Shown: positions 25,101 through 42,602, counted from the first letter of the stretch. The stretch: DNA of 64,000 nt from Paragordius varius (GCA_964247055.1 OZ176050.1:12586001-12650000), one strand, 5' to 3'. Notes: generated from the sequence alone by a model not told the origin. A program made the numbers and translations.

Positions 25101-27330
25101 GGTTCAACATAGATTGCAAGATCTTAAAATTAATTTTAATAAAGCATTTAAGGGCGATATTTTTTTATATAATTGTTTTATTGACTTTCAAAAAGAGAAG
25201 GGGGGAGGGGGCGCCATAGGAGTTTTATGCCCCGGGCGCCGCAAATGCTCGGTACGCCACTGGCTACATACAAATATAATCCCAAATCAAACACATAAAA
25301 AATAGCCAAAAAGTAATCTGAAGAGTCAATCGGAGATTTGTCCTGTGATTCCCAAACCATTGAAGTTAATGGATAAGATGCTACAATCAAATTTTAAACT
25401 TAGTTAATCGTCATTTGAAAATTCAATCGGAAAGGTGTGCTGTTATCCCGAAACCATTGAAGCTTAAGTATTACACAATTATAAAGATCAAATATTAAAA
25501 GAGCCCAACCTTAAAGCTGATCGTCATTTGTAAGGTCAATCGGGAAGAGGTCCTGTGTTTCCACAATCTTTAAGCTAATGGATTAAACATATATAATAGC
25601 AGGTGAAATATGTAAACACACCAAATTTAAAGCTGATCGTTATTTGTAAGGGATCGGTAAGATATCTTGTGCTTTCGAATCTCGAAGTTAATGGATTAAA
25701 CATATATAATGGTAAATAAAATATATAAAGTTTATAGTCATTCGCAGAGAAGTCCAGTAATTGCGAAACGATTGAAGCTGAAAAATATACACATATAATC
25801 AGAATTCAAGTATTCAAAGAGGCCAAATTAAAAGTTGACAGTCATATTCAAAGCCAATAGGAGAGAAGTCCAGTGATTGCGACACCATTAAAATATTGTC
25901 ACACAAATATAATCGCAAATCAAATATTCCAAGAGGTCAAATTTAAGGGTCATTTGCAAAGTCGATCGAAGAGTTGACCAGGCATTCCTAAATTTAAACT
26001 TAAAGATTTACAAATATAATAATCAAATATTAAAAGAGCCCAAAATTAAACCGGATCCTTATTCGTAAGGTCAATCAGGAAGATGATTCGTGTCCAAAAC
26101 CCTTAAAGTTTATGGATTAAACATAAATAATAGAAAATCAGATATGTATACCAAATTTGAAGCTGAAACTCATTTGCGATTTGTAAAAAAGTCCAGTGAT
26201 TGCGAAATCATTAAAGCTAAGGAATGCAAATATGGCCCAAAAGAGTCGCTTAAGGTTAATAGTCTTTTGCTCGGAGAAGAGTCCATGATTGCAAATCCAA
26301 TGGATTATTTAAATATCATAGCGGTGTTAATAAGTGCCAAATATAAAATTGACAGTCATTGCAAAGTCAAGAGAGAAGTCCAGTGATCGCAAACCATTAA
26401 ATCGCAATAGATATTAAAAGAAGGCAAGCTAAAAGTTATAATCATTTGTAAAGTCATACGGAACAATGTTTTGCAGCGAAACCATTAAAGCTAGTTGATT
26501 ATACAAAATACGCAAATCAAGTAAAAGAAGGCAAACTGAAAGCTGGTAGTCACTTGCAGCATTAATCGGGAGGTTTTGTAATTGCAAAACCATCGAAGCT
26601 AAAGGATTATACAGATATCATCGATTAAATACGAAAAGAAACCAGACTTCAAGCAGGTAAGTCAATCGGAGAGAATCTTGCGAAAACCTTGAAATTGAAG
26701 GATTATACAAATATCATCGCAAATCAAATACTTAAAGAAACCAGACTTTAAATAGATAGGTCAATCGGGGAGAACTCCTGTGATTGCGAAACCATTGTTG
26801 AAGGATTATACAATATCATCGCAAATCAAATACTTAAGTAACAAGACTTTTAAGTAGGTAAGTCTATCGGGATGCACTTAATTGCAAAACTATTTAATCT
26901 GAAGGAGTATACAAATATAATCGCAAATTAAATACTTGAAACCAGACTTTAAATAGGTAAGTCAATCGAAGAGCTCCTGTAATTGCTAAACCATTGCAGC
27001 TGGGATTATAAAAATATCATCGCAAAATATTTAAAAAACACTTCAAAAGGTAAGTAAATCGAGGAAAATTCCTGTGATTGAGAAACCATTGTTGAAAAAA
27101 TATACAAATATCATCGCACATAAAATGATAAAAGAGGCCAAACTTAATGTTGAGAATCATTTGCAAAGTCGATAGGAAAGGAGTTTTGTAATGAAACATT
27201 GAAGTTAAATGATTATACAACGATCATCACAAATTAAATACTAAAAAACCAGACTTCAAGAGGTAAGTTATTCGGAGAGAACTCCTGTGATTGCAATGCA
27301 ATCTATGTCTGAAATTTGTGATTGTGTCCA
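22150..27330. repeat. Degenerate tandem satellite, ~95-115 bp unit, interrupted by a hAT element
   Basis: AAACCATTGAAGCT...TACAAATATCATCGCAAATCAAATA...GTCAATCGGAGAGAA..CC.GTGATTGC recurs, e.g. near 23081, 25354, 25451, 26391, 26479, 26587, 26684, 26789, 26887, 26988, 27083 and 27194. Confidence 0.85.
23099..25262 (+). mobile_element. hAT DNA transposon (ZMYM1/Tip100-like), 2164 bp, decayed transposase
   Basis: 14-bp TIRs CAGGGGCGTACCGA / TCGGTACGCCACTG; perfect 8-bp TSD GCTACATA (23091-23098, 25263-25270); transposase relics DLTPDIAHREQ, CRSQCYDNAAVMSGHISGV, CDNHSLNL and RWSARIQAL with stops and frameshifts. Confidence 0.92.
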
Positions 27331-27589
27331 ATTTTTTATTGAAAACAATTAACTGATTTTCTTTTTTAAAAAACTTTTGTATTCTATGAAATATAAACAA
27401 CCAAAACATACCGGTTGAGTTTGGCTCGATTCGAAGCTTTAATAAATTTTGTAAAGAGGCCCCCCTCGATTTTTCTTAAATACTTATATTTAACCAGATA
27501 TTTTAAAGCCCATCACAACCTTATAGTGGAAATAACTTTAGTAATAATAATAATTACATTAAGTGATATCACTCTTTCGAGCGATCATA

Positions 27590-28480
27590 TCCGTAAATAT
27601 TTCGCCATAGAACCGTGTCTATGGCGTCCTCGCGTTTTAAGATCAGCTCCCTCTTAACCGTATCTATCCATCGCGTTTCAGGGCACCCTCTTACCTTTCA
27701 CAATATAATATTCTATCGTTTTTCCAATGTAGTATTTATTATCTCTTCTTTCTGCAAGTCCAAACCATCTAAGACGATTTAGCATCATTTATTGCGTTAT
27801 CGGTTTGACTTCCGTATCTCCTCTAATGTATACATTTTTAACATTGTCTTTTCTCGTTACACCGCACATTAATCTAAGATTCTCATTTCAGTAACCCCAA
27901 AATGTCTCTCTTCCGATTTCTTTAATTCCCATGTCTGTGAGTTGTACATTGTTGTTGGCTGTTCAACAGCACTGTAAATCTTACCCTTGACTTTTAGGTC
28001 AATATTTTTATCGCACAAAACATTTCAGATTTTTTTATAATTTGCCCAACTATTTCGAATTCTTATTATATCATGTGTAAAAGAACCACCTGCTGCTAAA
28101 ATTGCTCCAAAATATTCGCATTCCTCCTGTGACCTTTAAAACCCGACCTTCTTCTGATTCTGTTTCTCGTTTCTTCCCACCAAAATTTATAAATTCCGTT
28201 TTCTTCTTATTAAGTTTTAAAACGCACCGTCGTAGCACATCTATCCATTTGCTTACCAATTCTTTCATTTCATACAGCTCCTCTGCAGCACTATTAGGTC
28301 GTCTGCATAAAGAAAATACCTTGCCCACTTCTTTTGAAATTTCGTCCATGCATATTATAAATAACAACGGACTGATTGCTGACACCTGATAGACGCCTTG
28401 GTTTATTTCAATAGGATCTCACTCCCTGATGTGTTTTAATTTTGGTATTGTGAGAGCCATACATGCTCTATTCGCTTAAT
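27590..28480 (-). mobile_element. 5'-truncated RTE-like non-LTR retrotransposon (RT fragment)
   Basis: NQGVYQVSAISPLLFIICMD; frameshifted FLYADDL; LKLNKKKTEF; CDKNIDLKVKGKIYSAVEQPTTMYNSQTW; EMRILRLMCGVTRKD. Confidence 0.85.
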
Positions 28481-28812
28481 TATATCTAGTGGAAAAAAAA
28501 ATTTACATCAAACTTAGCTTATAGGGCAGAGAATCACGAACTATAGATTCCTGCACTTGGTGATATTTAATTGTTCGTTTTAAAAGATTTATGTTAAAGT
28601 AAGAAGTAAAACCATTTTTGATAACGACCACAGGTAAATATAAAAGATACTCTACATCTTCCGGATTTAGAAGGTAATAGAGCCCATTTAATTTAAAAGA
28701 TTTTTTTTAGTAATAATTGAAAATCAATGATATTGATAAAATACTATTGGATTAACCTAATATGAGTATTAAATAATCAATCATTTTTATTAAACATATA
28801 ATCAGGTAATGA

Positions 28813-28855
<43 letters not shown>

Positions 28856-29933
28856 TATTTTTTATTTCATAATACCATTTAATTTTCTAACAAATATTTT
28901 ATTGGCGTAATTTGTTTTTTTCTGATACTAGTTTAACATTAACTTCTTTTATTTTTGGTGTAAATTATATATCAAACGCTACTGTATTATACGATTGGCC
29001 AATAGTAATGCGAATTGATCAATGAAAAAACATTACAAATTTTTTTGATTTATAAATATACAACGAAAAAAATTACACGGGCTACATATAAAAATTTTAT
29101 TCATAAACCCATAAAACCAACATTAATGTATCATTATAATAAATGAAAAAGCGAAGGAGGGTAAAAAATTGATAATATTAAAAACGGGATGGGATATACG
29201 GTAAAGATAAATATATAAGTAAAATATTTTTATGAGTAAATTTTATAATAAAACAATATTGATTCAAACTGATATATTTTGGTGGATAACAGTTTAGGTT
29301 TTTGTTTGGTGTAACATATGAATTTTGGATTACAGTATGCATTTTAATGGTTTATGGAAAAAACCACAAAATGTTGAATAAACTATTATTTTCTTTCTTG
29401 TTTTCATACACTCCTGTGTTGCAAATTGTCCTACTATAGTGTGAAATAAACAACCATTAAAATGCATTCTGTAATTAAAAACTTCTTTATCAAATAATTT
29501 ATTCAATAACCTAGACAAATTAAAATATTGTGTTTCTATACTATTAGACCTCAAAAAACACCCTCCAACTATCGGATAATGCAAAGTGCAAAATTATAAA
29601 TCTTTTTTGTTTGCCATTTAAGGTATATGCGCACATAAAAATTTTGGGAATTTAGTGTTATACATAGAAATTTGATTATAAATTTAAGATAATACGTAAA
29701 TATATAGTGTAATTGGTAAGGAAATGTATTAGAAAAAAACGTAAATATGTATTGATTGACGTCTGAATACAGAAACAACAGATTAGTTTTACCCATTTCC
29801 GGTTACTTGTTACATCACGTAGAAAAAAACTTTTACGCAGATACCCCCTATGTATATATATATATATATATATATACAAATTTTTTAATCGATTATTTTA
29901 TAGTTTATAAATTATAATTATATTTATCATAAG

Positions 29934-31948
29934 ATGATCTTTTCTTCCAAACATATTATTATACTACTTCTATGGATATGGACTATGCCATTGGATAACG
30001 ATTGCAAAGGTAATAATTTAACAATATATGTTATGTTATATATTTAATAATATTGTAAATTCTTTTCCAAACTTATTATATAATTAAAATTGTCATGCAT
30101 GTTACATCATAAAATGCCTACTTAACTTTAATTTTTTAACAAAATTTCCACTCTTTAAAACTGGAACTAGATTTGATATTAGACAAAAAATCAAAAAGTT
30201 TTTATTCTTTTTAACTAACCGACATAAATATCAAAAATTTTATTTGTAAATTATGAAATTGGGTCAAAAATATACAGTTTTGCCATAGCTATTTCTGTTT
30301 TATTATCACGGGGCGTAACAGTGATTTTAATCTAGTTATTACATTACAATATCGTCAAATTTACTTAGGGCAATATTTTTTGCTAAAATTTACGCAAAAA
30401 CACTAATTTTAATTTATTCTAGTGAATCTTATACACAATGTTTCTGGTTTAAAATAATACATAAAATTATGTTGGGCGCCTTCTCAATCATATGATTATG
30501 CAGAGTTTGTTATAGAAACCACCTATTTTGAACTTGGTTTGTAAATGATGAGTTCCTGAAACTGGTAAAATGTTGATTTTTGCTAATTTAAAAATGATTC
30601 TGAGTAGATTCTCAAAATCATGGAATCGGGTCTGATGTGAAAGAATCTATTGATTTTTATTTTATCCCAACTCTAGGTACATGGTCATGGCTTGATTAGT
30701 ATAAATTACCATTATTGGTAGAATTAAACCATTTCCGAATAATAATAAACTGTGGGTATATCTCAACTCATAACTTTATTTTGGATTCATGACTCATCAG
30801 GCCATAGGATTTCAATTTAAAATAAAAAAGCCTAATTGACAAGGATTATTTTTCTTATAAATTATACGATAATAATTTCGATTATATTATGGTCAAAGTT
30901 AATATTACTATAAAAACAAAACCAAACACAATCAATTGTGATTTTCAATAATGATCGACAAAATTGAAATTTATTGTCCTTTAATTATTCATTTTACGAT
31001 ATTATTTTTATGTATATATTTTTATAGCTATCTTTAAAGCATCTGGGGAATTAAGTAAGAGTCATTAATTATTATCAAGCTTATAATTATAAATGCAATA
31101 AATATCAAAAACAAAATTGGGGTTTATAAATTAGATATCTCAATATAATCTATCTATTACAATTTTGTATTAGGTGGGGCCAGTGGAATAAAACCAGAAA
31201 GTAATATTATACACAATGTGTACCACCCACCAAATTTTTAAGTCAAAAATGTAGTTTTCTTTTAATATTGAATCAAATAATTGAGTTTTCGAATAATGAA
31301 AAATTGGGAGCCAATTTGCATATTAAATAATAAAACTAATTTAAAGCAAGATGTTTTTAAAGATTTTTTTTAAATGTTTTCCAAAATAGATATTGGAAAT
31401 CATAAATAACGTTATACATACATATTCCTTTTATACATATATAAATAAAGTAAAGCGTCTTAAATGCAACAATCATAATTTTTAAATATAATCAAAAATT
31501 CTATTGTAATTGTTGACGATATTAAAACTAAAGTGAAACTTTTGTACGAAAACGCTAAATTTTACATTGTGGCTCTCACTATTTGGGTATAAAACATATG
31601 GTTAACCCGTTCGGTACTTGTTAACAAAATAAAAAAAATACTTGTTAAAATTTTATAATTATTATTTATTTTTCGCACCAATTAAAAAAATTCACATATA
31701 ACCAATTATATAGCGGTGTCCTGTTTTATAATTTAATGTTTATTTTGCTGATATAGTTTCCAACCCTGTTTATGAAAAAGTTGCAAGTATTTATTAAAAT
31801 ATTAACCAGAGATACAAAATAAAAAAAAATGGTGTTCAAGCTTGTCCCAATATGAAGAATAATTGTTTTACATAATTAAATATCATATAAATTCAACAAT
31901 ATATTAAACTGCTCAATTTAAAATAGAAAAAAAAACAAATTAAAATAT

Positions 31949-31985
<37 letters not shown>

Positions 31986-33732
31986 ACATAAAAATAAAAT
32001 TATCAATTAGTACTTATATAAGACTTTTGTGATGCCGTAATACAGTTAAGTATTGCTAGAAAGTTATTAATTATTGCCAAATAGTAAATACAACAAAGGG
32101 CAATATTATTGGCTAATAATAGCAAATAGTTAAAAAATAACTAAAAGCCAATAATACTACCCTTTTTTGTATCTGTTATTTGGCAGTGACTAATAACCTT
32201 CTACCAATGTATACTTACTCATACTGTAATTACAAGCAAAAGATCATGAATATTGTACTTTTTTTAAAATTCTTAAGATTGCTTTTGTCAAAGTTCGTCA
32301 TAATAACCTTCGATTTAAATTGGGGTAGTTAGATTCCCGGGGACTGTTTAGTATGTTACTTTAAAATATGGAATGAACTGAAACCATGGCGAAAGTTTGC
32401 ATTTAAGAACCGAATATAAAAAATCACTTTAAAAGACTTGATATTAAGTATTTTAAGAGAAATCCCAAAGGTAAAATTAGTCACCATGACATAAGTGCAT
32501 TAGCTATACAAAATTACTTTTCTGTTTCTATCAATGTTAGATGTGATTTAAATAAGAATTAGCCTAATTTTTTTATTTTTTTAAATCAAATAAACACGAT
32601 ATTCAAAAAGTTTTAAAATAAAAATGGCGTCAAAATAGTTTGATATGGAACTTTTTTTAAAACCGCTTTGAAACCTGGTGTTAAATGAAAAATTTAAAAG
32701 ATAAAAAATATTATATTCCATTTTGTTTTTTCTTAAGCTTTATGCCCACAAAAAAATGTACAATAATTTTTTATCATTTTGAAACTGTAAAGAAAATTTG
32801 GACAGAAACGCCATTTTTTCATTAAATAAAAATATATGTATATCTATACATTCGCAATCAGAAGTTACGTTATACTGGTGTTTGAAAATATAACTTAATG
32901 ACAACCGAGGCTATTATTAAACTATAACTAAGCCTTATTATATATCTAAATTAATTCAAACCTTTAAAATATTTATTTATAATTTGCACCTTTGTTGGTG
33001 TATTTAATTTGTTTGTTTACATAGATTGTTCAATGTGTCACAAACCCAATACACAACGTTGTGAGGATCAGATCTGTAAATGCAAATATGGCTATTTTAA
33101 CCCAACATGTTCGCATGGTATAATTTTGTAAACACCAAATAGAATAATTTTAACATTTAACACAATTAGCCAATATATAAAAACCATTTAACTTTATAAT
33201 TCTCTTATTATGTAACATAAATGAAAAACCTATGCATAAGCTATATTAAAATATGTTGTCAACCATTTTCGCTCTTGCTATCATTTCCCAATGCATTTAT
33301 TTTTTGCCGTATATGACACGACACTTTAGAAAACTTGGATGAAACGAAATAGTTTTTATGTTCAACTCTATTTTAAAAATAAATATTGAGATTTAAGCAC
33401 AAATTTAGATTGAAGTCGCCCTCTTTAGTGGTTTTTGGATAATATCAATTTAAAGTTAGATTGGCATCGATTTTATCGTAGATATGAGGACTATCACTAT
33501 GTATGTGGGAATTGATGTGATACTAATTTAGATGTGTAATCTGCTCACGTTGTTATTTTATTTGACTTTATATTACTTTTAAATGCAATAATTGAACGAA
33601 TATATAAAATTTTATAAAATATTGTTAATCATATATTTTTGTTTAACAGCTTGTCAATGTCCCACCCAGCATAGAGAAGAAATAGATCACCAATGCATTC
33701 CTTTTATAGCATCATGCAAATATAATACTTAA
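29934..33732 (+). CDS. Putative secreted Cys-rich/EGF-like protein (partial model, possibly a pseudogene)
   Basis: Signal-peptide exon 29934-30009 (MIFSSKHIIILLLWIWTMPLDNDCK, phase-1 GT). Phase 1-1 EGF-like exon 33025-33117 (DCSMCHKPNTQRCEDQICKCKYGYFNPTCSH). Terminal exon 33650-33732 (ACQCPTQHREEIDHQCIPFIASCKYNT*). Internal exons are unresolved, and joining these pieces into one gene is inference. Confidence 0.45.
32043..32226. mobile_element. Tc1/mariner-type MITE family B, copy 1
   Basis: TA|CAGT..AGTATTGCTAGAA ... ATACTTACTCATACTG|TA; second copy at 43934-44115. Confidence 0.75.
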
Positions 33733-34264
33733 AATTTTCTTACCATTTTAATAAATTTTTTTTTGTTATAATTTGTGTAATGATTATGTATAATTCATTC
33801 ACAGAATATATAGTGTTTATATAATTAGGATGAAAAGGTTTTTAAAAAAGGAAAACGAATTTATATACGTACGTTCCAGCAACGAAACGTATCAAAGTTC
33901 TCAATGAAACACTGATCGGAACCTAAAGTGATTTTTTTTGTAAACCAACACCAATATAATATATTTTTACCAGCTTTAAAATCATAAAATTTAAACATTC
34001 TAAAACTATTTTTAGCACCTTCTGTGGTTTTTAGCGGCGAAATTTTTTTTCCATGTTTTTTAATTTCTCACATAGTTATTCAGGTAACTTACTTTTCCTA
34101 CTAAGTCAAATTTGGTATCTCTTGTTTGGGACACTCGGTTTTTTCGATAGAGTCAATGATGGGCTTTTAAAATCCGAAAAAATGAGATCAAGGGCCATAT
34201 AAGAGAAATAAATTCAAAAAGCAGAAAAACAGCTGTTGAAGTATTTCGACTATAGATTTTTTAA

Positions 34265-34783
34265 CACTTCGATTTAAATTGGGGTATCTATATCCCCAGA
34301 CTAAATTTAAATTCCTATTTCTAAAAAACTTCATAAAAATTATATAAAAAAGCCAAAATTTCTAAATCTAATTTTGTTTTGAGAAAAGGTTTTATGTCAA
34401 GCTACTTGGACGCCATTTTTATTATATAAAATTTTGCAAACTATCGTTTTTTGATTATAACCTAAAAATCAAAGGAAAATTAAATTACATCTAACATTGA
34501 TACAAATAGAAAAAGTGGTTTATTTTGTATTATAATTTAATTTAGCCGACCATATGTTACGTTGACTAAATTTTTACCTTTGGGTTTTCCATTAAAAAAG
34601 AAATATCAAGTATTTTTGAATAAATTTTTTTATATTTCGGTTTATCAATGTTAAATAGGTACATAATTTTGTCATAATTCGATTCCTTCTATATTTTTTA
34701 AAGTATTTAATTTTACAGGCCTGGGGTATCCAACTACCCCAATTCGAATCGAAGGACTGAAATGATTGTCTTGTATCCAAGTG
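34265..34783. mobile_element. piggyBac-like MITE (TTAA TSD)
   Basis: TTAA|CACTT ... AAGTG|TTAA; shared with 9409-9967; fragment near 32305-32400. Confidence 0.75.
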
Positions 34784-35528
34784 TTAAAATTCAAAACAAA
34801 AATTTAATCATATTGTCTTATGAGATATATAAAAAACAGATGTTTTAGCCTTAAAAATAAAATTTTTAAATTAAACCGTTTTTGTGGTTTTAATGATTTT
34901 AATACACGAAATCATTTTAAAAAAATCTAGCTAAATCAAACTAAAGTATTTTTTTCGATTTTTTCTGAGATGTTTTTTAAAATAAGCTACTTTGCAACAA
35001 TAAACTCGGAGTATTATTCACTTGGCTTGTTTGTTTAACCTAAAAAATACAGTTATAAGGATTATCGACATAAATTTTTATTTAAGTGTTTCATTAGATG
35101 TTTGATTAATACAGGAAATATGCTTAGATTGACATTTTGCGTGAATAAATCAACGGTTTAAGTGTAATGCCAGTTTTTCCTCATAGATAGGGCATACAGT
35201 ATTAAAAAATAAATAATTTCACAATCTTCAGCTATCTATTAGATATGCATTAAAAATAAATTTCAGTAAGATATTTGGTAAGTAGCAGTTAAATAGTTAT
35301 ATTTGCCTTTTACATTTCATAAGAAATTCATTCATTCTAAATAACTTATAAATTTATATTTAATCACAAATAATAAAATAAGAAGAGTACACCACTAGAA
35401 ATTATTTTAAAAAGGTTACTATGACAGTTTTTACAAGTAAAACATAATTTAAGACACAATTATTTAAAATTTATATCTAACATTTTTTACCACATAAATA
35501 AATGATATTAAAAATTTTGCCACATATA

Positions 35529-35623
35529 CAGTAGCGTATGGTAATAAACAACAAATGATTGAAGTTAAAATCAAACAATTTTATGTAATATGGAAAAGCT
35601 TTTTTGATTACCATACGTTAATG
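35529..35623. mobile_element. Short derivative of Tc1/mariner-type MITE family C
   Basis: TA|CAGTAGCGTATGG ... CCATACGTTAATG|TA; same TIR as 59787-59935. Confidence 0.6.
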
Positions 35624-37732
35624 TAATTCATACCACTTTCATCTTATTAAAAAACCCAATAGTTTTCTATAACCTTAAACAAGAAATGCTTTTCTTGGTA
35701 CCATTAATGCATGAATCAGCGGCTTTAAAGTCTACACACATTTATATCAATACAAGACTGTATTAGACAATATTTATCGATTTCTTTTTTTTTCTTAGCA
35801 TAACATACATAATATATTTCAAAAAGTTTTAAATTATTTATTGGTAGGCTTTCTATCATTCATTACTTTATATTTTATTTTCGTAAAATTATGTTATCAT
35901 TAAAATGCCCACCTGAGGGCGCTGTTACATACTACAAAATAATTTTTTATGCCATTTTATTTATATTATGCGTAAAATTAAAGGAAATCATCTACATTCT
36001 ATTACTTGGAAAAAAAGCTAATGATAATATATTTATATATTTATATGTTTTTTTATTGTTGTTCAATGTTAAAAAACCCTAATTCCAAGAAATAAGGAGG
36101 GCACACGTTAAATATGTAGAAAGCAAGCAAACACACACACACAAATTATTCTTTATACAAAAAATACTAGAAGGCCTAATATTTTTTATACTTCCATCCC
36201 ATTTTTTTATTTTTTTTATTAATGTGATTTTTTTATTTATTACAATTATTATACATACACCTTTGTTGCTCATCTCGTCTGTATATATCCTCCAAAAAAA
36301 TTTATACATCTTTAAACGCAACAGGTAATTTTTTTTAAAAAATTTAATTTTTTATTTTTACAACTTTTTAATACCACACCTCGAAAAATCTTGTAAAACA
36401 TTAATCTTTTTCATTGATTAAAATTTTTTTTTGATAATTTTTTCATTATGATAAGCCAAAAAAATGTGATTTAATTTTTCCATTATTAAATGGCATATAT
36501 CATATACATGTTTTATACATAGCGACACAATGCATATATTAATTTATACAACTGTAACCAATTTGTGTAAATAAATATTTTTTTTTGACAGGCAGAAACC
36601 AATTCACCGCTTACAAATTTAAATTTTGAAATTATAATAATAATAATAAATGGGAAAAAAATTATTTTAATTATTATATTAAATCACACTTGTCGTTTTT
36701 TATATATTTTCAAAAATTTAGTCTTGAAATTGCATCTGGAAGTTTGTTTATTGTTCTTACATAATATTGACACCTTTTGCGTCATAAATGTCATTGAAAA
36801 AAAAATGACAAACTTTTTGGGGTAAAATAGGGGACAAAATCTATTCTATTTTTTCTAATCTATGGTTATATGTATATATATGCATATATATACATTTTAA
36901 GTAAATACAAACCATAATTAAATAAATATTTAGCCTTTAACATCCGTTCGTTTCTTCGCACTCCTGCCAAATAAAATTGTTGTGTGTTTTAAAATCAATC
37001 AATACAATCAATCGTTTTTAATTACATATTTAAATTTTATTTGAAGGACTGACTGCCCTATGTATGGGGGGGAAGGGGGGAGGGTTAATGTCGTCTCTGT
37101 TTAAATTTGTTGATATACTTGGGTAATGTGCGTAAGTCGTAACCTTTTATATAAAATAATCGGTCAACCGAGGAGGGAAAGAGGAAGTATATGTATTGTA
37201 ATTGTGTACCTAATATATTACAAAAACAAGATTTGACCCCCCCTTCCCCCCTCACCCCATTCAAATGTAAATATAAAGGTTTTGGTTAGTTTAGTTGGTT
37301 TTAAACACCGGTATTTATTTAATTTCCTTTTGTATTGTTTACATTTTATTTCCGTCATTACTTGGTATTTTTTCGTTATAAAAATTATTTTTCCTATTAA
37401 ATAAATTTTATTTTTTTACCATTGCCATAAAAATAAAAAATTCGGAGAAACGGTTGCATAATATTGATTATTAAATTGGAAAAGAGGAAAAACAGTTGAC
37501 TCATTATATTCTTAAAATTATTTTATTTGTCTATTATTAATTTTTTACCGCGTAATCATTCTTATATATCTATTATCTCTTATTGTAATGATTATTCATT
37601 TTTAATTTAGAGACAAAGCCACACACATACAAACCCATATACATATACCACAAAAAAACAGTCGTTTAAATCGTAATATTTATATATATTTAAATATAAG
37701 AAAAAATTGATTGTGGCGTCGTCGTATACTAA

Positions 37733-41264
<3,532 letters not shown>

Positions 41265-41900
41265 TTGATTTTATTTTTATTTGTGTTACATACATATTTG
41301 GCAAAAACTCAGGAATTTACGCTTTTATGAAAGAGAGTTCATGTGATATTTTGATAATATATATATATATATATATATCTATAAATTATTTTAACACCTT
41401 ATCTACATTTACCACCCTATAAACATTGCAATTATATTTTTATGATCTAGCTTACTGCTCAATTATTGTGATTTTGAGGACCCATTTATATTTATAGTTT
41501 AGGATAGTAAAAAATTAAATATTGTATATACATCATACACAACAAATTTTTTATCATTAGCTACCCTAAATTTTTGTAATGAAATGCATAGCATTTTTTT
41601 TGATACAATTATACATTTTTGTAGTTCTTTTATAATTTTTCTACCTCTATCATCCCAAAGTCAAATTCAATAAATGTTTTGTAAAAAAATTATTTAAAAC
41701 ACTCTCTGCACATTTCCTGCTTAAACCACGGACAGCCAAAGAGGTGATCGCTAAAAACTATTTCATGGCGGAGCTTCTAAATAAATTAATTTAAAAATTT
41801 AAAACCACGAAAGGCATCACAATATTTCTTGCAAATAAGTGCAACAAATAGAGCTGCAGAGCAAAATAGAACAGAACGAACTTTCTAAGTGAGTTGTTAT

Positions 41901-42602
41901 TAGGGTTGTGCTGACCAAGTCATGACCCGGTCAATTAACCGGGTCATGACCAGGTCAGTGACTATTTATTTTTTGACCATGATCAATGAAAAAAACAGCT
42001 GTTTTTTGAAAAAATGCTGGTAAATTTTTTTTGAAAGAGAGATGGTAAGATTTTTTTGTTTTTTGATATATTTTTAAAATAAAAATTAAATATTTAAATA
42101 TGCTTATTTAACAATATTAAAAATTGTTATACATGCCTCTTTATAACATAAGTAAATCCATTTATTTCGAAAAACAAAACAATATAGCACTCTGCAAAAT
42201 ATGCAATCCATATATGTGGATGAAAAACATCCTCAATTGAATATTTTAATGATGAAAGAAAGTAAAACAAACTAGGTAAAATTTGAAATATCCAGTGTTA
42301 AATATGTATTTGAAAATTCAGAAGGCCATAAACATGTGAGAAAATTTATTTGTAAACAATTTCTGATCAAATTCGATTGAAAAATATGTAAATAATAAAT
42401 ATGAAAAAAATGTGTAATACAAACTTTAAAGAAAATACATGACATTATTAGTGAAACGCAAGTGTAATTCGAACTTATTTTGAGAATCCAATATCGCATG
42501 ATACCTACTTAAGTAAAAAGTGGTCGTGACCACGGTCATGACCATGGTCTGACTAAGTCTGACCGGACCTTTTTTGAAAAAGCAGTTAAATGCACAACCC
42601 TA
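41901..42602. mobile_element. Non-autonomous hAT element, 702 bp
   Basis: TIR TAGGGTTGTGC / GCACAACCCTA; perfect 8-bp TSD GTTGTTAT (41893-41900, 42603-42610); subterminal GGTCATGACC palindromes. Confidence 0.88.

Noticed and set aside
22150-27330. Repeat-spacer appearance suggestive of CRISPR
   Set aside because: Whole units are homologous with no unique spacers, there are no cas genes, and the context is eukaryotic.
31787-31809. Another 23-nt GT-AG segment that could be a micro-intron
   Set aside because: The flanking peptides match no known family, so splicing cannot be supported; a piggyBac-like end nearby suggests TE debris.
35891-36321. Two short opposing ORFs upstream of Runx
   Set aside because: Compositionally biased, no motifs; likely chance.
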